A stretch of DNA of 64,000 bases from Vicinamibacterales bacterium (GTDB lineage Bacteria; Acidobacteriota; Vicinamibacteria; Vicinamibacterales; SCN-69-37), in assembly GCA_040902895.1 (NCBI GenBank), contig JBBDWL010000062.1:74894-138893 (forward strand), given 5' to 3'. A program made the position numbers and the translations under genes. Under the pieces are notes generated by a model. That model saw nothing but the letters and a program-made list of their open reading frames with translations, had not been told where the DNA came from and searched no databases. Each line of letters opens with the position of its first letter. The first letter of the stretch is position 1. Shown piece by piece: positions 39,286-48,662 of this stretch.

Positions 39286-40208
39286 TTCGCCCGCTTGATC
39301 CGCACGAACCGACGCCCGAGTTCATGGCACATCTCGAGTGGCAGATCCAGTCGGCCATCCGTCGCGAGACGCGGCTCGCATCGCCGGTCGGTGGCGGCAT
39401 ACGCCGCCTGCGCGCAGCCGCCGCCATTGCCGCGGCGGTCATGGTCGGCGCCGCCGGCGGTGTTGCCTCAGGCCAGATACAGGACGCGCGGCAACGGCAG
39501 GGCATGATCGAGAGCGCGCGCGCCGAAGAACAGCTGCTCCGCACGCGCCATGACCTGGCGAAAGCCGAATACGAAGATGCCAGGCGGCGCTTCGAAGTCG
39601 GCGTCGCGGGCCGCGAATCTCTGATTGCGGCTGAACAACAGGTGCGCGCGATGGAGGCGGCGATCAAGCGGCTCCAGATCGATCTCGCCGAGATCCAGGC
39701 GACGTCGGCGCCGCCGCGCAACGATCTCGATGCGCCGCTGGTCGGCAAACGCGACTTCGTGCGGGATCGGCTGATGCTCGACCTCGAGCTCGCGCAGCAG
39801 GCACTCGCCGCTGAGGAGCGAGCGCTGGCCGAAACGCGCGCGCGCGTTGAAGTCGGCACGGCCTCGGACACGGCGCGGCTCAGGGCCGAAGCGGAAGTCC
39901 TGCTGGCACGCGACCGGATGCAGCTGCTGCGGTCACGGATCGACCTCCGGCAGCGTCACCTCCGCGGCGAGCTCGAGGCCGAAGCGCTCGTGGCCGCTGA
40001 GCGGCGCACTGAATTGCAGCTCGCCCACGTGCGGGCGCAGCGCGAGATCGCTCTTGCGCGCGAGCGCCTGACCCTGCTGCGCAGGCAGGTCGAAGTCGGT
40101 CTCGCCGGCCAGCTCGAAGTGAAGCGCGCCGAGATTGCCATACTGGAGCGCGAGCTGGAGCTGCAGCGGATCCGCATCGAGCTCGAGGCGCTCGGCCGCG
40201 CGCGGTGA
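39282..40208 (+). CDS. Putative anti-sigma membrane protein with three TolC/OEP-like helical hairpin repeats
   Basis: ATGA overlap with the sigma gene. Short N-terminal domain, one TM/signal helix, then repeats RRRFEVGVA, RARVEVGTA, RRQVEVGLA in coiled coil. Confidence 0.7.
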   Translation: MIRPLDPHEPTPEFMAHLEWQIQSAIRRETRLASPVGGGIRRLRAAAAIAAAVMVGAAGGVASGQIQDARQRQGMIESARAEEQLLRTRHDLAKAEYEDARRRFEVGVAGRESLIAAEQQVRAMEAAIKRLQIDLAEIQATSAPPRNDLDAPLVGKRDFVRDRLMLDLELAQQALAAEERALAETRARVEVGTASDTARLRAEAEVLLARDRMQLLRSRIDLRQRHLRGELEAEALVAAERRTELQLAHVRAQREIALARERLTLLRRQVEVGLAGQLEVKRAEIAILERELELQRIRIELEALGRAR

Positions 40209-40401
40209 GCAACGGTCACGGATGCCAACGACCATCCGGTCAGGACCTCACGGTCGATGAATTCCGCGCGCTCATGAACGAGGACGACCGAAAAACAGAA
40301 CGTATCCGTCGGCGTCCTTGAGTTCGAATCCACGCAAGCCATCATCGTCGTCCTTGAGTGGTTGCTCGCCCAAGAGGGTCCGATCAGGCTGAGGGCGCGG
40401 T

Positions 40402-41448
40402 TCATCGATATTCGGGCGCGGTTTCTCTGAACAATGACGCTACCTCGGGGCCAAAGAACCGCTCCGCCTCGTAACCGTTGTGCGCCCGACACCGGAGCGC
40501 GATGTTATCGACTGTCGCCTTACCGCCGGCCGCGAACGGGACGACATGGTGATACTCGAGACAACCGGTCTCCGAGCATCGCCGTCCGTCGCCGCTCTGG
40601 AATGCGCATTGTCCGCCATCCCGGTCCCAGACCTTTCGTTTGACGTCGGCAGGAACGTGGCGCCCTTTGGGAGGTTCCTCCCGCGGAGCCCGCGGCCGCT
40701 GCACCGCCGCGGCCTTCTTTTTCATCAGGTCCTCGAGCAAGGCGTCGAGCCCTCGCTCGAGAACGGCTGCTGGATCGCCATTTGGCAACTGATGACGCAG
40801 GAGCGCTTGCGCCTGCCGGAGCTTGTCATGCGCCTTGCGCGTGAAGGTGACCTGAATCTTGTAGTGCTCTTCCGAGAGCGGAAGTATCACGGGCCGGCGA
40901 GTCGGCTGCGTGACGGTCGCAATTACAGATGGCCGCCACTCGGCCGTCGGAAGCGGGGCGCTCGGTCCTTCCGCTCCTGGCCCTGCGGGGCCTGCCGTGC
41001 GCGGCGACGGCAGCTTTCGAATCATGGAGGGCACCGGCGGCTGCGGCCGGAGCCGAGCGATCAGGTGCTGGACCTCGTCCTTGCTCAAGTGGCGGGCGCT
41101 TTCGAGGATCTGCTCATGATTCTCCAGCGTGAGCAGGGGCCGCAACAGTCTGACGGCGGTAAGCGTCAGCGCCCCTTCGGCCAGGTGGTCGAGAATCACC
41201 GGGAACACGCGGCTCGCGCGTGCCACCTCGATGCGGTTGAGAGCCGAGTGCTCCGACAAATGGAATCGCTTGGTGCAGTATTCGAACAGCGACTTGTAGC
41301 CGAGCGAGAGATACAAGCGCCGCGCATCCAGCTCCGCAAGCGACGCGACAAACTTCGCGGTCGACTGACGTTCGCCGAGCGCGAGTCGATCGGTCTCGTC
41401 CACGAGTTGTTGATCCGACAATGCCGCGAATGAATCACGATGCTGCAT
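40402..41448 (-). CDS. HNH endonuclease with long helical N-terminal (DUF222-like) domain
   Basis: C-terminal VWDRDGGQC...C...LEYHHVVPFAAGG...NIALRCRAHN (Zn-finger HNH). N-terminal LAELDARRLYLSLGYKSLFEYC...SE..A..RIEVAR. Pro-rich linker. Confidence 0.88.
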   Translation of the reverse strand: MQHRDSFAALSDQQLVDETDRLALGERQSTAKFVASLAELDARRLYLSLGYKSLFEYCTKRFHLSEHSALNRIEVARASRVFPVILDHLAEGALTLTAVRLLRPLLTLENHEQILESARHLSKDEVQHLIARLRPQPPVPSMIRKLPSPRTAGPAGPGAEGPSAPLPTAEWRPSVIATVTQPTRRPVILPLSEEHYKIQVTFTRKAHDKLRQAQALLRHQLPNGDPAAVLERGLDALLEDLMKKKAAAVQRPRAPREEPPKGRHVPADVKRKVWDRDGGQCAFQSGDGRRCSETGCLEYHHVVPFAAGGKATVDNIALRCRAHNGYEAERFFGPEVASLFRETAPEYR

Positions 41449-41737
41449 GAACCTGTATAACACGGCGATTTTCGACGCTCTTATCGTCCGCGGAACGAAC
41501 GATCACCTCCCATTCCGACGGAAGTGCTATTCGCACGCAAATCGGGCGCGGTACTACCTCTATAGCAGTCAGGGAGCCCATCTCGCGCGGGTTTCAAGTC
41601 TTCGGAAACATGCGTGGAGGAACCTGTCAAGACCTTTCCGCATTACGAATAGAAATCGGTGGCATGACTTTTTCGCAGCTCGTTCCAGAACGAGTCGCGC
41701 AAATCGCGGGCCACACCCGCATGCCTCCAATCGCCTT

Positions 41738-42568
41738 CTAACTCGACGGAGGCTTAAGGCCCAGCATCCGCATGTACGTCACGATGTTGCCGTAGTGCAG
41801 ATTGCTGTGCGCAATGTTGGCCATCAGCGGCGGCGCGTTGCCCGCTGTGGCGTACACCGCCGCGCAAGCGGCCGTTGCCGCCTTGAGCTTCGCGATGATG
41901 GCCGCCTTGTCTCCGCCGGCCTTCTCCACCGAATCAGTCCACTCGACGCCTTGGCCCGCCTTCGCGCTGCCACAGTAGTAGGCATAGCCATCCGCGGTGT
42001 GCGCAATCTGCTGGCCGAACGTCCGCACGGTGTCTGCCGGCCGATAGCTGTACTTGTCGGCGGGCACCATCTCGGCGGACTTCGTGACCCAGCCGCTGAC
42101 TTCCTCGAAGCCTTTCGCGAGAACAGCGGCGGAGCCCGAAGCGGCCGGGCCCGAGGCCCCGGCCGCCACCGGCGCCTTCACGAAGTGGAACCTGCCCGTT
42201 CCCGGACCCAGCGTCATGCGGCCGAAATACGCATCGTCGAACAGCATGCCGTCGAGGATCGCTTTCGTTGTGCCGCCGTCATCCTGAATGGCCACTTCCA
42301 GCTTCAGCGCGCCGGTCTTCGCATCGAAGACGCCACCGGTCACCACGCCATTCGGCGTCGCGCCGCTGGGCCCGCCGCTGCCGGTCACCGTGCGGCCATC
42401 GAACGTCAGGTTCAGCGTGAGGGTTCCGGAATCGGCGGGGCCGCCATCCGGAGCGGCTCTCCCGATCCAACTGCCCGAAAGGACGTCCGGCGACGATCCG
42501 GTCGATTGGGCCTGACTGGCGGCTGCCGTCAGCAGCAGTCCGCACACGACGATTGGCATTCTCTTCAT
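41738..42568 (-). CDS. Secreted DinB-family protein with an extra N-terminal beta domain
   Basis: Signal peptide. YSYRP..VRTFGQQIAH and HSNLHYGNIVTYMRMLG.KPP (His triad). Confidence 0.85.
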   Translation of the reverse strand: MKRMPIVVCGLLLTAAASQAQSTGSSPDVLSGSWIGRAAPDGGPADSGTLTLNLTFDGRTVTGSGGPSGATPNGVVTGGVFDAKTGALKLEVAIQDDGGTTKAILDGMLFDDAYFGRMTLGPGTGRFHFVKAPVAAGASGPAASGSAAVLAKGFEEVSGWVTKSAEMVPADKYSYRPADTVRTFGQQIAHTADGYAYYCGSAKAGQGVEWTDSVEKAGGDKAAIIAKLKAATAACAAVYATAGNAPPLMANIAHSNLHYGNIVTYMRMLGLKPPSS

Positions 42569-42626
42569 AAGAGGGTCTCCCGCATGAAGATTCTGCGGCC
42601 TTGCCGCGGGGCGCAACGGCTAATCC

Positions 42627-42657
42627 ACGAACGGCGCGCGGATTGACGCGAACGGCA
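42627..42657 (-). promoter_or_regulatory. LytTR-type direct repeats upstream of the DinB gene
   Basis: On the - strand TGCCGTTCGC-N11-CGCCGTTCGT (21-bp period) resembles the AlgR site CCGTTCGTC. Adjacent to a LytS/LytTR pair. Confidence 0.78.
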
Positions 42658-42704
42658 ACCGGCGCCGCGTCGCCGCAGACCGCGCCGCGGGATGATGGCA
42701 TAGA

Positions 42705-43826
42705 GTGTCACCGGTGCCGCCGCGCAGATCCCGTCTCATCCTCGTCGTCACCGCCCTCTGGATCGTGCCGGCGCTGCTTGCGATGATGAATCACATCGCG
42801 CAGGCACGACTGCACGGCGAGCCCATGCCGGAGCTGCGGCACCTGCTTTTCACCGGTGGTGACTGGTTCGTCTACGCGTTCATTACGCCGCCGATCTTCG
42901 CGATTGCCCGGCGGTGGCCGATCACGCAAACCCGCGTCCGCTCACGCGTGATGTTCCATCTGGGAATGTCGCTCGTCTTCTGCGTCGCCTGGGCGGTGGC
43001 CGGCAAGCTGCTGCAGATCGCGATCGGCGTGTTCGTCGATTCGCGCTCTCTCGCGGAAGGGCTCGCGCCGCGCGACTGGATTAGCTGGATCTTTACGACG
43101 CTGCCTTTCGGCGCGATCGTGTACCTCTGCATCGCGGGCATCGCGCTCGCGATGCAGTACTATCTCGAGTCCCGGGAGCGCGAGCTGCAGGTGTCGCGGC
43201 TCTCCGAGCAGCTTGCCGGCGCGCGATTCGCGGCGCTCGAGGCACAGGTGAATCCGCACTTCCTCTTCAACACGCTCAACACGATTGCGGTGCGCGCGCG
43301 CGACGGCGACAGCGCAGGCACGGTGCGGATGGTCGAGCAGCTCAGCGACATGCTGCGCAGGACGCTGACCCGCCATCGGTCATCTGAGGCCACGCTCGGC
43401 GAAGAGCTCGATCTGGTGCGCCAGTATCTGGCGATCGAACAGGCGCGATTCGCCGATCGCCTGCGTCCTGAGTTCGCCGTGGATGAGAGTCTGCTGTCTG
43501 CTGCCGTCCCCAGCTTCGCGGTGCAGCACCTGGTCGAGAACGCGATTCGGCACGGCATTGCAACGCGCACCGCGGCGGGACGCATCACCATTGCCGCGCG
43601 GCGCATGGGCGACGTGCTCGAGATCTCGGTGACCGATGATGGTGACGGCATCGATGACACACGACCGATGCCGGAGGGCCGAGGGATCGCGAACACGCGC
43701 GAACGGCTGCGCGCACTCCACGGCGATGCGGCGAGTCTGACGGTCACGCGCGCGGCCGCCGGCGGCACAGTTGCGATCCTCCGTCTGCCCTGGCCGGAGA
43801 TTGAGAAGGAGCAGGATCGTGGCTGA
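42705..43826 (+). CDS. LytS/YehU-family histidine kinase
   Basis: Four TM helices, ALEAQVNPHFLFNTLN, LVENAIRHG, DDGDG, GRGIANTRERL. Confidence 0.93.
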   Translation: MSPVPPRRSRLILVVTALWIVPALLAMMNHIAQARLHGEPMPELRHLLFTGGDWFVYAFITPPIFAIARRWPITQTRVRSRVMFHLGMSLVFCVAWAVAGKLLQIAIGVFVDSRSLAEGLAPRDWISWIFTTLPFGAIVYLCIAGIALAMQYYLESRERELQVSRLSEQLAGARFAALEAQVNPHFLFNTLNTIAVRARDGDSAGTVRMVEQLSDMLRRTLTRHRSSEATLGEELDLVRQYLAIEQARFADRLRPEFAVDESLLSAAVPSFAVQHLVENAIRHGIATRTAAGRITIAARRMGDVLEISVTDDGDGIDDTRPMPEGRGIANTRERLRALHGDAASLTVTRAAAGGTVAILRLPWPEIEKEQDRG

Positions 43827-44541
43827 CTGGGGCGTCCTTATTGCCGACGATGAGCCGGCCGCGCGCCGGGGCGTGCGGCAACTGCTCGCGGCGCATCCGG
43901 AATTCGCGGTGGTCGGCGAGTGCCGCGACGGCGCCGAAGTGCTCGCGTCGCTCGACAGCGCCAGACCGCACGTCGTGTTCCTCGACGTGCAGATGCCGGG
44001 TATCGACGGCTTCGAGGTCATCCGCCGCCGGACGCCCGAGCGCATGCCGGCGGTCGTCTTTCTCACCGCCTACGATCAGTTCGCGATTCGCGCGTTCGAG
44101 GCGCAGGCGCTCGACTATCTGTTGAAGCCGGCGACCGAGGCCCGTTTCAGCGCCACCATCGAGCGGCTGAAGCGGCAGCTCCGCGCGGCCGCGCCACCGG
44201 CGTGCGAGCGGGCGATGGTCGTCGCCACCGCCCGCGGCGCGATGGTCGTACCCGTGCACGAGATCGACTGGATCGAGTCGGACGGCAACTACGCACGCAT
44301 CTGGACGGGCGCGCGCAGCTATCTGCTGCGCGAATCGATGCGCGCGCTCGAGGCGCGCGTCCAGGCCGACGGGTTCGTGCGGGCGCATCGGCGCGCGCTG
44401 GTGCGCATCGAGGGCGTACGCGCGCTCGCGGCAGCGCCCAACGGGGCGCTGCGCGCGCAACTGGCCGGAGGCGCGAGCATTCCCATTTCACGCAGACGGC
44501 GAGCGGCATTTACCGCGGCCGTGCGATCGCGGAGTTACTGA
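43819..44541 (+). CDS. LytTR-family response regulator
   Basis: LIADDEP, FLDVQMPG, FLTAYD, DYLLKP, IDWIES.GNY, FVRAHR. GTG start after AAGGAG. Confidence 0.93.
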   Translation: MADWGVLIADDEPAARRGVRQLLAAHPEFAVVGECRDGAEVLASLDSARPHVVFLDVQMPGIDGFEVIRRRTPERMPAVVFLTAYDQFAIRAFEAQALDYLLKPATEARFSATIERLKRQLRAAAPPACERAMVVATARGAMVVPVHEIDWIESDGNYARIWTGARSYLLRESMRALEARVQADGFVRAHRRALVRIEGVRALAAAPNGALRAQLAGGASIPISRRRRAAFTAAVRSRSY

Positions 44542-46512
44542 GTGGCAGACCGCGAGCGTTATCGCAACCGCACCCGTTCATCGCGCCGGCGGTATCTCGC
44601 GTTCCGCGAGGATTACCGGAAGGGGATGCTGGAGGATCCGGACGAGAAGACCGCCGACAGCGAAAGCGCGCTGAAGATCGACGAGGCGGCCGACGCGACC
44701 GCCGGGCCGGCGCCAAAGCCGAAGCTGCTGCCGGCCAGGCGGCGGGAGTACCTGCGCGACTATCTGCGATGGCTGTGGCCCCACCGCTATGCCATCGGGT
44801 TCGTGTTCCTCATGGCGATCGTGGCGGCCGGCCTGCAGATGGCCGAGCCGCTGTTCATGCGGTTCATCATCGACAACGTCCTCCTCAACCAGACGCTCGA
44901 TCTCGCGGGCCGTCTCGATCGGCTGCACTTCGCCGGCGCCATCTTCCTTGCCGTCATCGTCGTCTCGGCGCTCGTGGGCGTCCTGAAGGACTACCGGCAG
45001 CGCATGCTCAACGTGCAGGTGATGCTCACGCTCCGCCGCGCGCTCTTCGAGCGGCTGCTGCACCTGCCGCTGCCGAAGCTGTGGGACATGAAGACCGGCG
45101 GAATCATCTCGCGGCTCACGGGCGACGTCGACACGACGTCGGGGCTGCTGCAGATGGCGGTGATGTCGCCCGCCATCTCACTGATCCGCCTGCTCATCGC
45201 CGTGGTCGTCCTTTTCTCGCTGAACTGGCGGCTCGCACTCACCGCGCTGGCGATCATTCCGGGCGTCGTGATGATCAGCCTGATCTCGGCGCGGCGCATT
45301 CGGCCCATCTATCGCTCGCTGCGGCAGGATGCCGAGCACATCGACGGCCGCGTCGGCGAAACCTTTTCGGGCGTCCGCGTCGTGCGGGCGTTCGGCCGCG
45401 AGATCCGCGAGCTGATCGAGTACATGCGCGGCCGGCACACGGTGCTGCGCAAGGAGTTGTTCGCGTATCGGCGCGAGATGGTGATCTGGACCTCCTGGGG
45501 CCTGCTGCTCGGCATCGTCAACGTCGTGATCGTCTGGTACGGCGGGTATCTCAACGTCGTGGGCCGCGCGTCGATCGGCGACATCATGGCGTTCCAGTGG
45601 TACACGTTCCTGCTGCTCAACCCGGTGTGGCAGCTCGTGAACTCGTTTTCAGAGCTGCAGCGATCGTTGGCCGCGATGGAGCGTGTCTTCGAGGTGCTCG
45701 GGATGGAGCAGGACAAGCCCGACAGGCCGGGCGCGATCGACGCCCCGCCGGTGGTCGACGAGATCCGGTTCGAGGACGTGGAGTTCGAATACCGCGAGGG
45801 CCGGCCGGTCGTGCGCGACTTCAATGTCACCGTCGCAGGCGGCAGCGTCGTCGCGCTCGTCGGGCGCAGCGGCGCCGGCAAGACCACCGTCACGGACCTG
45901 GTCGCGCGCTTTCACGATCCCACCCGCGGGCGCATTCTGGTCAATGGCATCGACGTCCGCGACCTGCGGCTGCGCTCCTACCGCGGCCTGCTTGCGCTCG
46001 TCCAGCAGGAGGTGTTCCTCTTCGACGGATCGGTGAAGGACAATATCGCGTATGGCCGCGTGGACGCGACGGCCGAGGAGGTCGAAGACGCCGCGCGGCG
46101 CGCGAACGCGCATGAGTTCATCGAGAAGCTGCCGGAGCAGTACGAGACTTTCGTCGGCGAGCGCGGCGTCAAGCTGTCAGGCGGCCAGCAGCAGCGGTTG
46201 GCGATCGCGCGCGCGATTCTCGCGCGGCCGCAGATTCTGATCCTGGACGAGGCGACGAGCAACCTTGACACGGAAAGCGAGCAGTTGATCCAGGCGTCGA
46301 TGGCGGAGCTGCTGGCGGGCCGCACGACATTCGTCATCGCGCATCGCCTGTCGACGATCAGGCAGGCCGGTATGATTCTGCTGATGGAAGATGGCCACGT
46401 CGTCGAGCGCGGCACGCACGAAGCGCTGATGCTCGCGCGCGGCGCCTATTACCAGATGGTCATGCGCCAGATGGCGGCATCAGCGGAGGCCGGCGAGGAA
46501 GTGCTGAAGTAG
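44542..46512 (+). CDS. ABC exporter, fused permease/ATPase (MsbA/MdlB-like)
   Basis: TM domain plus GRSGAGKT, LSGGQQQR, LILDEATS, IAHRLST. Confidence 0.95.
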   Translation: MADRERYRNRTRSSRRRYLAFREDYRKGMLEDPDEKTADSESALKIDEAADATAGPAPKPKLLPARRREYLRDYLRWLWPHRYAIGFVFLMAIVAAGLQMAEPLFMRFIIDNVLLNQTLDLAGRLDRLHFAGAIFLAVIVVSALVGVLKDYRQRMLNVQVMLTLRRALFERLLHLPLPKLWDMKTGGIISRLTGDVDTTSGLLQMAVMSPAISLIRLLIAVVVLFSLNWRLALTALAIIPGVVMISLISARRIRPIYRSLRQDAEHIDGRVGETFSGVRVVRAFGREIRELIEYMRGRHTVLRKELFAYRREMVIWTSWGLLLGIVNVVIVWYGGYLNVVGRASIGDIMAFQWYTFLLLNPVWQLVNSFSELQRSLAAMERVFEVLGMEQDKPDRPGAIDAPPVVDEIRFEDVEFEYREGRPVVRDFNVTVAGGSVVALVGRSGAGKTTVTDLVARFHDPTRGRILVNGIDVRDLRLRSYRGLLALVQQEVFLFDGSVKDNIAYGRVDATAEEVEDAARRANAHEFIEKLPEQYETFVGERGVKLSGGQQQRLAIARAILARPQILILDEATSNLDTESEQLIQASMAELLAGRTTFVIAHRLSTIRQAGMILLMEDGHVVERGTHEALMLARGAYYQMVMRQMAASAEAGEEVLK

Positions 46513-46533
46513 GACTCGGCCCGGAAAGGCTTC

Positions 46534-46566
46534 TTGACGCCATCTCTGTGTAATGTGCATATTACA
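46534..46566 (+). promoter_or_regulatory. TA promoter with autoregulatory palindrome
   Basis: TTGACG (46534-46539), then TGTAATGTG|CATATTACA (46549-46566, 1 mismatch) overlapping a CATATT -10-like hexamer 6 nt before the ATG. Confidence 0.75.
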
Positions 46567-46569
46567 TAG

Positions 46570-46818
46570 ATGGGGACAAAGACGATCTCTCTCAAGGACG
46601 AAGCGTACCGGCGACTCCGCGCGGCCCGCCGCTATCCAAACGAGTCGTTCAGCGAAGTGGTCCTGCGGGCGACGTGGCCCGAGGACACGATCACCGCCAG
46701 AGAGCTCCTTCACCGGCTGAGGACCAGCGTCCCGCACTTTTCGGACGAGGAATTGGATCGCATCGACGAGATGAAGCGGCGCGACATGCCCCCGGAGGAC
46801 AAATGGGCCGGGCGCTGA
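46570..46818 (+). CDS. vapB: VapB-type antitoxin (DUF217-like family, common in archaea)
   Basis: MGTKTISLKDEAYRRL...ESFSEVVLR. Overlaps the PIN gene. Confidence 0.82.
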   Translation: MGTKTISLKDEAYRRLRAARRYPNESFSEVVLRATWPEDTITARELLHRLRTSVPHFSDEELDRIDEMKRRDMPPEDKWAGR

Positions 46819-47201
46819 TCCTCGAAACGACGTTTGTCATCGATCTCGAGCGCGAGCAACGTCGCGAACAGCCAGCCGGGGCCATCGCCTTTCTGGAGGG
46901 CCGCGACGACGCGCGGCTCTATGTGTCCTTCGCCATTGCGGGAGAACTGGCGTGCGGGACGTCCCTTTCCGAGCGTGCGCGATGGGAGCAGTTCCTCGCG
47001 CCATTCCACATCCTCGAGTCGAATATGGACGTCGCGTGGGAGTACGGCAGGGCGTACCGCCACTTGCAGAAGAACGGAACGCTGATCACGGCCAACGATC
47101 TATGGATCGCGGCTACCGCCCTCGCATACGGGATGCCGCTGGTCACGCGCAACGTCGGCCACTTCACGCGCGTTCCGGGACTCGAGGTTGAAGGGTACTA
47201 G
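46803..47201 (+). CDS. vapC: VapC PIN-domain toxin
   Basis: ILETTFVIDL, GELACG, NDLWIAATAL, LVTRNVGHF.RVPGL. Confidence 0.88.
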   Translation: MGRALILETTFVIDLEREQRREQPAGAIAFLEGRDDARLYVSFAIAGELACGTSLSERARWEQFLAPFHILESNMDVAWEYGRAYRHLQKNGTLITANDLWIAATALAYGMPLVTRNVGHFTRVPGLEVEGY

Positions 47202-47238
47202 CGAAAGTAGTCTTGGCCTACGGTTCGGCGGTCGTGAC

Positions 47239-48561
47239 TCAGGCCGCCGCCGCGGCGCGGGCGCCGCGCGTGAGCACATACAACAGCGACGCCCCCGCGA
47301 GACACGCACCGAGCGCGAGCCACTCGTCGCGCGCGAGGCCGGTGAGCAGCCAGGCGATCACGCCGCATGCGAGCAGCGGAATCAGGCCGCCGAATGGGAT
47401 GCGGAAGCCGGTGGCGGCGCCCGGCGCGGCGGCCACATCCAGCCTCCGCAGCTGCCACGACGCCAGGGCGCATCCCAGATAGAGCGCCAGCGCCGACGCG
47501 TTGGCGAGAATGGCCAGCTTCACGAACGTACCGGTTGTTGCGAGCGCGAAGGTCAGCGCGACGTGCAACACGATGGCAGCCACGGGTGCCTGTGACGCCG
47601 GATGGACCTGCGCCAGCATCCGGGGCAGGTACCCGTCGCGCGCGAACGCGTAGATCATCCGCGGCATCGACAACGTCATACCGCCCATGTGGCCGAACAT
47701 CGAGATGGACGCACCGGCCAGCAGCAGCGCGCCGGCCCAGCCGCCGAGCGACGCCCGCGCGGCGTCAGCAAGCGGCGACACCGTCGATGCCGGCAGCGCG
47801 GCGCCGAGCACTCCCTGCGCGACCACCTGCAGCAGGATGTAGAGCGCGGTGATGCCAAACATGGCCAGCGCAATCGCGCGCGGCACGGTGCGTGCGGTAT
47901 CGCGCACTTCCCCGCCCGGCACGAGCGCCACTTCGATGCCTGCAAACGCAAAGATCAGCAGCAGCGACGTGCGCGCGACATCGGCCGCGGCAGGCGTCGC
48001 TGTCCACTCGAGATTCTCGGGCCGGATAAAGACAAGACCGGCGCCGGCAAGCAGGACGAGCGGCAGCAGCTTCGCCACCGTTGCGACGCCGTTGAGCCGG
48101 TTGCCGAGCGCCACGCCGCGGGCGTTGATGATGGCCCAGAACGCGAGCGCCACCGCGAGCACCGCCGTCTCCATCGCGCGGCCACCGAGCGCCGGAACGA
48201 GCGCGCCGACGCTGGCCGCGAAGATCGTCGACACCGCCGCCGCCGCAAACGTTCCCAGCATCCAGAGCAGCACGCCCGACACGAACCCCGCATAGCCTCC
48301 GAAGGCGGTAGCGATGTACGCGTACGGCCCTCCGGTCAGCGGCACGCGACTGCCCGCGTCTGCGATGCAAAGGACGATCAGACCCATCGCAGTCGCGCAG
48401 ATCACATACGCCACGGGCGCCGCGGCCCCGAGCGACCCGGCGACATCGGCAGGCAGCCGGAAAATCCCGCCGCCGATAGTGATGTTGATGATCGCCGCGG
48501 CGAGGCCGAAGGTGCCGATGGCGCGGACGAGCGGCTCGTGCGAACGAATGGGTGTGGTCAC
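47239..48561 (-). CDS. APC-family amino acid permease
   Basis: ITIGGGIF, GGPYAY, FAFAGIE, PRMIYAFARDG and about 12 TM helices. Confidence 0.9.
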   Translation of the reverse strand: MTTPIRSHEPLVRAIGTFGLAAAIINITIGGGIFRLPADVAGSLGAAAPVAYVICATAMGLIVLCIADAGSRVPLTGGPYAYIATAFGGYAGFVSGVLLWMLGTFAAAAVSTIFAASVGALVPALGGRAMETAVLAVALAFWAIINARGVALGNRLNGVATVAKLLPLVLLAGAGLVFIRPENLEWTATPAAADVARTSLLLIFAFAGIEVALVPGGEVRDTARTVPRAIALAMFGITALYILLQVVAQGVLGAALPASTVSPLADAARASLGGWAGALLLAGASISMFGHMGGMTLSMPRMIYAFARDGYLPRMLAQVHPASQAPVAAIVLHVALTFALATTGTFVKLAILANASALALYLGCALASWQLRRLDVAAAPGAATGFRIPFGGLIPLLACGVIAWLLTGLARDEWLALGACLAGASLLYVLTRGARAAAAA

Positions 48562-48662
48562 GCAGCCGGGATGGTATCCGATCCGCTAGCGCCCGCCGCA
48601 GAGGGCGCCGGCGGCGCGCCGAAATCAGCCGCGTGTGGACGCGCCGCTCTCCCCAGACACAG

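Noticed and set aside
40205-40321. Short ORF containing LTVDEFRAL, reminiscent of a HicA toxin C-terminus
   Set aside because: Only about 9 residues match, the catalytic GSH region and HicB partner are absent, and it cannot be distinguished from chance.
41679-41694. CTCGTTC-CA-GAACGAG as a LexA box for the HNH gene
   Set aside because: The spacing matches neither GAAC-N4-GTTC nor GTTC-N7-GTTC, and it lies over 200 nt from the promoter. It may simply be a hairpin after the DinB gene.
38572-42655. The two 28-bp copies as att sites or target-site duplication flanking a mobile element
   Set aside because: There is no integrase or transposase between them, and the internal 21-bp-period CCGTTCG repeats next to a LytTR system explain them better. 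Not fully excluded.
44542-46512. ABC ATPase as the missing partner of the ADOP permeases
   Set aside because: It is a fused MsbA-type exporter with its own TM domain, not a LolD/MacB-type stand-alone ATPase.
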